Part shown: positions 56,800 through 64,000 of the stretch, piece by piece
How positions within the stretch are numbered: position 1 is the first letter of the stretch
How the letters are laid out: each line of letters opens with the position of its first letter
Assembly: GCA_958296235.1 (NCBI GenBank)
Contig: OY282457.1
Location: 4,545,684 to 4,609,683, forward strand
DNA from: an uncultured Candidatus Binatia bacterium
GTDB lineage: Bacteria > Desulfobacterota > Binatia > Bin18
DNA: 64,000 nt
Direction of reading: 5' to 3'
Program-made: the position numbers and the translations under genes
The notes under the pieces: generated by a model
What the model was told of the DNA's origin: nothing
The model's input: only the letters and a program-made list of their open reading frames with translations
The model's database searches: none

Positions 56800-58218
56800 T
56801 CACTTCGCCGCGGCCAGCAGTTCATCAAAAGAGTCCCGCAGGCAGGCGGCGTATGACCACGGAGCGGATACGAGGCCGGGGTCAACCGTTCCGCCGATAA
56901 CAAGGGTCTGATTATAGCTGACAATGGCATTGAAGAGCCCGATTCCTGCCGACAACAGGCCAATCGGCCGCAGGGCGAGCAGCTCGTGGCCGGCGAGGTA
57001 AAGGGGGGTTTGCGGACCTGGGACGTTGGTTGTCACGGTGTTCAAAAGCAGATTTGCCGCCGGCAGTTGTCCGGCGATGATTTGCCACACCGGCGGGACC
57101 CAACCAAAACGATTCAGGAGATCATACAAGAAACCGGCCTGATTCTGTTTTTTGAGCTGATCGACAGCCGCCCGCTGCGCGGCGTAGCGTTTGAGCGGGT
57201 CCTGTTCATCGATGAAGAGCGGGGCGAGCAGCATGGAAACCCGATTGCCCAAGCTGCCCTGCTCATCTTCCTGCCGCATACTGACCGGACACATGGTTCG
57301 CAGCACTCTCTTGGCGGTGGAGTACTGCTGGGCGCGCAGATACTTCCCGAGCCCGCCGGCGATGATGGTCAGTACGACATCATTGACTGTGCCCCCCAAC
57401 CTCGCTCGGGTCGCACGGATATCCGCGAAAGGAAAATCGGCCCAGACAAACTGCCGGGTTGATGACAAGGGCTTATTAAACGGCGTACTCGGTATGGGCT
57501 GGGCCAGGTTCGGCAGCGTTTGCATGAAGGAGAACAGCGCCTGTGAGGACTTCTGGAGAACCTGGGCCGCCTGTGCCGGCCGGAGCCATTGGGTGCCATC
57601 GGTCCAGCTTCGGATGGTCTCGGTCAGTCGGTCGTTCATGGCATCTTGCAGTTGGCTGGCAATATCGGGCAGGGGCTGGGGCTGCCAGGGCTGGGGAGGA
57701 GACAAGGGCGCAGAGGATTGCGGTGAGCGGTCATGCGTGACCGTCATCAGGTCAACCCCGGACACGCCATCGACCATGGCATGATGGACTTTCCAGATAA
57801 TGGGCGTCGTCCCATCCGGCCGGCCGCGCAGAATGCTCATCTTCCACAGGGGACGGCTGCGGTCGAGTGGCGGCGCGTAGAGCTTGCCCCCAAATTCAGA
57901 CAAGACCCGGTCGTCTCCGGGCGCGGGCAGGTCCACCTCTTCGATGTGCTGCTGGATGTCGAACCCAGGATCATCCTGCCAGGTGGGGTGGGCGACCCGC
58001 AAAGGTGGAAACATGACCTTTTGGCGATAGCGGGGCAGCAGGTGGAGGCGCTCCTGAAGGACCTGGACCAATTCTGCTTTGGCAATATCGCCGTCGTAGA
58101 CAAAGCATGAGCCCACGTGCAGCGGTTCGTTAGGCTTTTCATAATATAAAAAGGCTGCATCTGCTGCGCTTAAACGCTGGCTGAGGGACGGCTGGGCTGA
58201 TGAGGCGAGGCTGCTCAT
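56800..58218 (-). CDS. Wax ester synthase / diacylglycerol acyltransferase
   Basis: HHAMVDGVSG active site, PLDRSRPLW, GTVNDV, TNVPGP. Confidence 0.93.
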   Translation of the reverse strand: MSSLASSAQPSLSQRLSAADAAFLYYEKPNEPLHVGSCFVYDGDIAKAELVQVLQERLHLLPRYRQKVMFPPLRVAHPTWQDDPGFDIQQHIEEVDLPAPGDDRVLSEFGGKLYAPPLDRSRPLWKMSILRGRPDGTTPIIWKVHHAMVDGVSGVDLMTVTHDRSPQSSAPLSPPQPWQPQPLPDIASQLQDAMNDRLTETIRSWTDGTQWLRPAQAAQVLQKSSQALFSFMQTLPNLAQPIPSTPFNKPLSSTRQFVWADFPFADIRATRARLGGTVNDVVLTIIAGGLGKYLRAQQYSTAKRVLRTMCPVSMRQEDEQGSLGNRVSMLLAPLFIDEQDPLKRYAAQRAAVDQLKKQNQAGFLYDLLNRFGWVPPVWQIIAGQLPAANLLLNTVTTNVPGPQTPLYLAGHELLALRPIGLLSAGIGLFNAIVSYNQTLVIGGTVDPGLVSAPWSYAACLRDSFDELLAAAK

Positions 58219-58243
58219 GGTTCTTCTCCGCATTGTCCTGAGA

Positions 58244-60994
58244 TTATCGGCCAAACAAGGCGTCCAGTCCTTTTTGAAGCAATTGTTCTTCCAGGCTGGG
58301 GGCCGTGTCTGGCTGTTCGGATGCCGTACGGTCGGAGCCGTCCGCCTGCTGCGAGGCGCGGTCCTGCTGCTTCTTTTTTGTAGGGAGCAGCCGGTCCAGG
58401 ACTTTTTCCTGGACTACGTCCTGCAAAGCTCTCGTGGCCGCCCGCTGGATAAGGGCGCCGAGCTGCTGAGCGTCCAGGGCCGGGCGAACCGCGGGGAAAA
58501 CGCCGGCAAGGGCGAACGGAATTTCCACGCGCTCCTCGGCATTGGCAATATATCTCAGCTCTTTGGTCGCTCGCATGAGGTCGGACGAGAGGGCTTGAGA
58601 AAGCGTCAGCGAAGCGGTCGCATCAACCTGCTGTTCAAAATCCATCCAGCCTTTCGCCTGTGTCCGAAAGTCACGCGCGGCAATGCGGAGGCGGTCGAGC
58701 TTGATTTTTCCCTGGCCGAGCGAGAACTGACTTGTGCATTCCTCAAACTCGGTGTGGGGAGAGGCGAAAACTTCTGGATATTTATCCCGGAGCTGTTGCG
58801 GCAGGACGAGCGATAAGCCCGGAATACCGGTCAGGCCAGACAGGACGCCTTCGGCCAGATTGAACTCTCGTAGCGCTCCATCCCTAATTTCGGCCTTTCC
58901 CTGCCCGCCCAGGGTTGGCTTGAGGGCGTCCCAGGAGTGCCCGTTTCCTGAGACGGTGAAGTCGAGCGAGGCCGTGCCCTGGACTGGGGGGTCTGTGAGA
59001 GCAAGTCCTGAGCGAAAGAATTCCGTGAGATTGACGGCCTCTATCTGAGCGGTGACAGCCATGCGCGGGGGCTCCGCTCCAAAATCATACTGCCCGCTTC
59101 CGTCAAGCCGGCCCTCAAAGGCGGACAGCTTGAAACTGTCGATCGTGGCGACCTGGTTGGCGACTGAGGAGTCAAGCTGCAAGTCGGTATAGTTTATCTG
59201 GGCAACGCGGCCCTGTTTGGATGACAGTTGACCTGCATGGCCGAGGTCTCCACCTTGCCGCCAGACCCGGCCCGTAGCGGACACCGCTTCGAGCCGGTCC
59301 TCCGCGGCTCCGGGCTGAAGGTCTGCCAGTCTGAGTGTGGGCGCGCGCAGCTCATAGGCGGCTTTCAGTGGTTGAAATTGTTCAATCCGGGCCTCAAGCT
59401 CAAGCGCTGATTGTCCGATGCGCGCCGTTGTCTTGGTCAGCTCAGCCCCCTGACCGGTCAAGGTGATGGCTGCCTGAATATCCGTCAGCGGCTGGGCCAA
59501 CTGCGCGGGGGTGGCGGTTCCATCCTGGAGGCTCAGCGTCCCCGTGAGCTGGGGGAGGTGTTCCGTTGAGAGCGGCCCGACTATCCGTAGCTGCGTCTCA
59601 AAGCTGCCGGCTAGGCCATAGTCCTGGAGGAGGGGCAGCAGGTCGTGCAATTCTGCCAAATCGGCCCGATTCGAGTCTATCGTCAGATCAAGGGTGGGAG
59701 GGGTGTCAAAGTCAACCTGTCCGCTGACCGTCAGGGCCAGCGGATGCAGATTGAGCGTGAGTTCCTGGAGGGCGGCGGTCTGGGGTGTCAGTCGCGCCTG
59801 AGTCGAGAGGGCGAAGACACTCCCGGACGGCTTATGAAAGAATGCGCCAAAACGGAGGGCGCTGTCGGTTGCCTCGACCTGGCTCGTCAGCGTCATATTG
59901 TTGGGCCGGCCGCTCGCCTGGACGGTCACGGAAATGGAGCCCTCAAGGCTGAGGTCCGGGGGCAGGTGTTCGCCCACCGGACCAAACTGGCGGACGCGCT
60001 CAAGGGCGAGCGGTCCCAGCCTCACGGCGGCGTCCAGGGTGCTCTCGGCGAGCGGGTCCGGGACCTCGGCGCCAACCGGCCCAAAGCTGCCCGTGACCTG
60101 GATGTTGGGTACGCTGGAATCGAAGAGCGCCGCTTGCAGGTCCAGATTGGCGAATTGCAGGGCCCCGACACGACCGGACACCGCGGTTTCCAGATTGAGT
60201 GGACCGGAAATGCCCAACCCTGGTGGAATGTGCTGGGCAATATGCGGCAGGGTGTGTTGCAGGCTGTTCAGGTCGAGTTGACTGATCGTGAGCCGGCCTT
60301 CGAGTGGAATGGTGTTGACATCATCCAACCCTTGGCCGACTGGCCCGGCTTGCAGGTCTACGTTTATGTTCTGCTGGTCTGAGAGAACGGCGGCGTCAAG
60401 TGCGAGCCGAACCGGCTCGTCAAGACTCACGTCGCGCGCCTGAAGGTCGAGCTGGGTCACTCGAAAATCCGCCCCGGTCTGTCGGTCCATATAGCGAACA
60501 TCTCCTCCCTGGATATCAACGAGAGCGACCAGGAACAGCAGGGGAGGAGATTCTGTTCCGTCGCCCTCCTGCGGTGTCTGTTGTGAGGCGCTCTCCGCCG
60601 CGGTGTGGGTCAGGCTGGTGAAGTTGAAGCGTCCCCGCTCATCGCGGATAAGCTGAATCTGGGGGTTGCGCAGGATTAAACGGCCGACCTGGATTTCCTG
60701 AGACAAGAGCGGCCACAGCGCAACATTTACCTGAAGGGCGTCGGCCCGGACAAAGGCGTCAGCCGAAAAGGCCGGATCGTCGGCAATGCGAAACTGGGTC
60801 AGACGCGCGCCTATCCCGCCCCACACGGTCACGCCGATTTCCTCGACCTCAACCTCTCGGCCAAGGGTCTGCTCGACCTGTTGCAGAATCTGCTCTTTAT
60901 TGCTGGCAATCAGGCTGTTGAGGTTGAGGAAGGCAAAGGCCAGCAGGCCGACTGCAATAAGAAGAACCGCGCCAATAATCAACAGCGTGCGCAT
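58244..60994 (-). CDS. AsmA family protein
   Basis: N-terminal TM, TLGREV, LWPLL, GRFNF; beta-rich repeats, AsmA C-terminus. Confidence 0.85.
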   Translation of the reverse strand: MRTLLIIGAVLLIAVGLLAFAFLNLNSLIASNKEQILQQVEQTLGREVEVEEIGVTVWGGIGARLTQFRIADDPAFSADAFVRADALQVNVALWPLLSQEIQVGRLILRNPQIQLIRDERGRFNFTSLTHTAAESASQQTPQEGDGTESPPLLFLVALVDIQGGDVRYMDRQTGADFRVTQLDLQARDVSLDEPVRLALDAAVLSDQQNINVDLQAGPVGQGLDDVNTIPLEGRLTISQLDLNSLQHTLPHIAQHIPPGLGISGPLNLETAVSGRVGALQFANLDLQAALFDSSVPNIQVTGSFGPVGAEVPDPLAESTLDAAVRLGPLALERVRQFGPVGEHLPPDLSLEGSISVTVQASGRPNNMTLTSQVEATDSALRFGAFFHKPSGSVFALSTQARLTPQTAALQELTLNLHPLALTVSGQVDFDTPPTLDLTIDSNRADLAELHDLLPLLQDYGLAGSFETQLRIVGPLSTEHLPQLTGTLSLQDGTATPAQLAQPLTDIQAAITLTGQGAELTKTTARIGQSALELEARIEQFQPLKAAYELRAPTLRLADLQPGAAEDRLEAVSATGRVWRQGGDLGHAGQLSSKQGRVAQINYTDLQLDSSVANQVATIDSFKLSAFEGRLDGSGQYDFGAEPPRMAVTAQIEAVNLTEFFRSGLALTDPPVQGTASLDFTVSGNGHSWDALKPTLGGQGKAEIRDGALREFNLAEGVLSGLTGIPGLSLVLPQQLRDKYPEVFASPHTEFEECTSQFSLGQGKIKLDRLRIAARDFRTQAKGWMDFEQQVDATASLTLSQALSSDLMRATKELRYIANAEERVEIPFALAGVFPAVRPALDAQQLGALIQRAATRALQDVVQEKVLDRLLPTKKKQQDRASQQADGSDRTASEQPDTAPSLEEQLLQKGLDALFGR

Positions 60995-61043
60995 CGCACC
61001 ATCTCCTCATTCGGAAGCATATCTCTCCGCCCTCTCCCCGAAC

Positions 61044-61757
61044 CTACACGATGTCCAGAAGTTCGGGAATGCTGCGGATCACATGCCGGGGAGGGGTCGG
61101 GCTGTGCGGTGGCTCGATATCAGGCCGCGACCAGATTAAAACCGAGCGCATCCCCGCCCGGTTGGCCCCGGCAATATCCTGCTGAAGGGAATCCCCGACA
61201 AAATATGCCTGGCCCGGCGCACAATCGGCTTGGGCAAGGGCGCGCGAAAAAATGGCTGAGTCCGGCTTGCAGGACTGCGCGTCTTCACTGCTGAGGAGGG
61301 AGTCAAAGCAGGGGCCGAGTCGAGAGAGTTGCAGCAGGTGTGAAAACTGGTCGTTGTCGGCATTGCTGACAATGCCGAGGTGGAGGCCGCGCTGACGTAA
61401 CGCCCCCAAGGTCTCGGCGACCCCGGCCCGCAAGCAAAAGTCCTGCTCCCGGCGTTGGTGTTGAGCGGCCCGGTAGCGGGCGAGCTGTTCCTGGGTGAAG
61501 GTCGTGCCAAACTGGGCTGCGGTGGCCTGCAAAGCGTCCTGGAACATATCGCGGTGCAGATAATACGGGCGGGGCAGGTATTGGTAAAACACGTTTTTCA
61601 GCGCTGCCCGATAGGCCCGTTGAATGTCCTGCGCTGCTGCCGTAATCCCGGCTGCCTGGGCCAGCTCGATTAAGCCGGCGCGCTCTCCCGGTGCGGTTGT
61701 TTCATAGTCAAACAGGGTGCCGCCAAAATCAAAGAAAACTGCTCGTGCGTCTGCCAT
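61044..61757 (-). CDS. HAD-superfamily hydrolase
   Basis: FFDFGGTL, IVSN, KPD, VGDS..QDIAGA. Confidence 0.9.
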   Translation of the reverse strand: MADARAVFFDFGGTLFDYETTAPGERAGLIELAQAAGITAAAQDIQRAYRAALKNVFYQYLPRPYYLHRDMFQDALQATAAQFGTTFTQEQLARYRAAQHQRREQDFCLRAGVAETLGALRQRGLHLGIVSNADNDQFSHLLQLSRLGPCFDSLLSSEDAQSCKPDSAIFSRALAQADCAPGQAYFVGDSLQQDIAGANRAGMRSVLIWSRPDIEPPHSPTPPRHVIRSIPELLDIV

Positions 61758-61867
61758 ACCGTGCCCGATTCTTTATCAGTTCTGCGCCAGGAGAGTAGAG
61801 AGGCCATAGAATTGTGTCAAGCAAATCTGTCTCCGCTGTTATTGCAGCCCTGCTCGTCCTGATTGGC

Positions 61868-62866
61868 CTATATCCGCAGGACAGCGGCTCCATTCAGCTG
61901 TCCGTTTTTCATGCGCCTTAATGCGGTGTTCGCCTGCGCCAGGGAGTATGCTTCGGTCTCGGTATGGAGCGGTATGCTCTGGGCCAGGTGGAGCAAGTCC
62001 TGCCCGTCCTGGCGCGTATTGGCCGTCACGCTGCAAATGGCGCGCTCGTAGAAAAGAGCGTCGGCATAATCGAGCCGCGGAATCTGGGTCATGTGGACGC
62101 CGGCTAAGGCCAGGGTGCCGCCTCGGTCCAGCGCTGCCAGGGCCGGGGGGACCAAGTTTCCGGCTGGAGCAAAAATAATCGCGGCATGAAGTTTCTCGGG
62201 CAGAGGATCGGTGATCTCCCCGACCCAGATGGCGCCTAACCGGGTGGCGAGGGCGCGATGTGTCTGGCCGCGCGTTACCACATAGACCTCGCAGCCCCAA
62301 TGCCGGGCAATCTGGATGACAATATGGGCGGACCCCCCGAAGCCATACAAGCCCAGGCGTTGTTTGGGTTGCACGCCGCAGCGCTGCAAGGCGCGGTAGC
62401 CGATAATTCCTGCACACAGAAACGGGGCCGCCTCCACTGAGGAGAGCGCAGCCGGCAGGGGATACACAAACGCCTCAGGGGCGACAACATACTCGGCATA
62501 GCCACCGTGTTTGGTATAGCCGGTAAATTGCGGCTGCTGGCACAGATTCTCATCTCCGCGCCGACAGTAGTCACACTGCGTACAGGCGGCATACAGCCAG
62601 GCCACGCCGACCCGGTCGCCTTCCTTGAGGCGCTGTACGCCGACTCCGCGGCGTACGATGCTGCCGACGATTTCATGGCCGGGGATGAGGGGGCTGCGCT
62701 GGGTCGGCAGGTCGCCTTCAGCAATATGCAGGTCGGTTCGACATACCCCGCACACCTCAACCCGAATGAGGACTTCGCCCTGGGCCGGCTGGGGAATGGG
62801 GAGGTCCAGGGCGTGGAGCGGGTGGGTCTCGATCGGTCCGGGAGCAACAACAGCCATGGCGTGCAT
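61868..62866 (-). CDS. Zinc-dependent alcohol dehydrogenase family protein
   Basis: CGVCRTDLH, GHE, C..C..C...ENLC, GFGGSA. Confidence 0.92.
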   Translation of the reverse strand: MHAMAVVAPGPIETHPLHALDLPIPQPAQGEVLIRVEVCGVCRTDLHIAEGDLPTQRSPLIPGHEIVGSIVRRGVGVQRLKEGDRVGVAWLYAACTQCDYCRRGDENLCQQPQFTGYTKHGGYAEYVVAPEAFVYPLPAALSSVEAAPFLCAGIIGYRALQRCGVQPKQRLGLYGFGGSAHIVIQIARHWGCEVYVVTRGQTHRALATRLGAIWVGEITDPLPEKLHAAIIFAPAGNLVPPALAALDRGGTLALAGVHMTQIPRLDYADALFYERAICSVTANTRQDGQDLLHLAQSIPLHTETEAYSLAQANTALRRMKNGQLNGAAVLRI

Positions 62867-62891
62867 CGGGTTCCCCCTGAGTGGGACTGGC

Positions 62892-63668
62892 TTATTGAAT
62901 CGCCGCATCACGAATCGCACGCGAAAGGCAGGCGGGGCAGTGGCAATTTTCATCATTAGGGCCAAAATGAACGAGCCCATGTAAAACGCCACCTTCAGAA
63001 TCGAATCTGGACACGATTTTGTCAAAGTATCTGGTATCCTGATACTCGTATCTACGCCGAACGGCCCAGGCGACGAGGTCGGCAATCTGGATGATTCGCG
63101 AGGCTTGTGAATCGACGAATAACGGAACTTCCGCTAAATTGCGGAGCTCTCCCCACCGCGTTCCCTGCACGCGAAATGTACGGGCAAGGCTTTGAAGCGC
63201 ACTCTCGTAGTTCGACTTATCCATGACGACAAGGCCACGATGCTTTCCTTCTTCCTTTTTCTCCGCTCGGTTATAGATGCGTTTTAGTTGAAGATTGAAG
63301 CGGTTGCATATTTCTTCGAAAGCGTACTCAACCGGATCGTTGGGAGCGCGCTGCGCCTTATGAACCGCAATCGCAAACAGACTGACGCTCCCATGGCTTT
63401 GCCGGACAATTTCCAGAGCATTTTCGACGATTTGAAGGCGTTCTTTCCGTGGAACTCCCTTCCAAGGCTTCTCCCTGCCGTTTGCGATAACGCTGGCGTG
63501 AAGTTCTACATCTTCAGGAGGACCAAGATCCAAAGACTCAACGAATTCATCGACGTGTTTAATCAAATGAAATATTTGACGCTCAAATACGGAAACACCG
63601 CCGAGAATGAAATACTTCTCATTCGGGTTTTTAACCGAACCGGAACCGTCAATATAAACGAGATACAT
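62892..63668 (-). CDS. DUF3800 domain protein
   Basis: MYLVYIDGSG, ELHAS, S..SRIIQIADLVA; C-terminal HGLVH...CHCPAC; lower GC than flanks. Confidence 0.88.
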   Translation of the reverse strand: MYLVYIDGSGSVKNPNEKYFILGGVSVFERQIFHLIKHVDEFVESLDLGPPEDVELHASVIANGREKPWKGVPRKERLQIVENALEIVRQSHGSVSLFAIAVHKAQRAPNDPVEYAFEEICNRFNLQLKRIYNRAEKKEEGKHRGLVVMDKSNYESALQSLARTFRVQGTRWGELRNLAEVPLFVDSQASRIIQIADLVAWAVRRRYEYQDTRYFDKIVSRFDSEGGVLHGLVHFGPNDENCHCPACLSRAIRDAAIQ

Positions 63669-63702
63669 GCTTTCCCTGGGATACAGGGCTTCATTCGTTG
63701 AT

Positions 63703-63767
63703 AAAAAAGCAGCCGAGTGTGGAACCTGCCCACAGCGGACCGTGAATGTCACAGCCCTCTCGACCGC
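63703..63767 (-). ncRNA. Candidate DUF3800-associated structured RNA (three-way junction + U6)
   Basis: P1 GCGGUCGAG/CUCGGCUGC, P2 GGGCUGUGA/UCACGGUCC, P3 UGUGG/CCACA; four G-U pairs valid only on the minus strand. Confidence 0.7.
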
Positions 63768-64000
63768 ATGACATATTTACTTATATGAATGGAAGATGTT
63801 TTTCAAACTCCCCCGATAGCTATTCCTCCTATGTTTTACGGCGTTCTGAACATCACATGTCTGCGGTCGGGGTCAACCGAAAATACCGAAAGCCGCCGCC
63901 GCCTTTCCAGCGCAGGCGCTTGCTGACGCCGGTCTGGTCTGTCCCGTCGACAACGGCTCGGAGGCGGGGCAGGATGTGCGTATTGCACTGGGGGCCGTTC

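Overview
GC-rich bacterial chromosome segment. Gene content (F420-type oxidoreductases, class III PhaC, WS/DGAT, an aa3-type oxidase operon, lpxD, a pentapeptide-repeat protein) resembles Binatia/'Deltaproteobacteria' lineages, but this is inference only. In order: 3' part of recJ; a lipid/aromatic catabolism region (acyl-CoA dehydrogenase pair, cupins, LLM monooxygenases, nitronate monooxygenase); a vapBC/fitAB module between two gene stumps; a Type I restriction-modification locus (hsdM-hsdS-hsdR) interleaved with toxin-antitoxin genes and remnants and carrying two nested MITEs; tRNA-Arg(CCG); a full cytochrome c oxidase operon; hisG/lpxD; phaC; a 7-gene lipid-linked surface glycosylation cluster; WS/DGAT, AsmA, HAD and ADH genes; and a lower-GC DUF3800 gene. 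Directly upstream of the DUF3800 gene is a strand-specific 59-nt three-way-junction RNA ending in U6. Best candidates for new biology: (1) the ncRNA-terminator-DUF3800 unit, arranged like a type III toxin-antitoxin or RNP system; (2) nested MITEs whose inner element inserted twice into TCCAG hairpin loops with 5-bp TSDs; (3) an Arn/Lgm-like glycosylation pathway extended by a FemAB-like transferase and a methyltransferase. All calls come from motif recognition by eye; no database searches were run.
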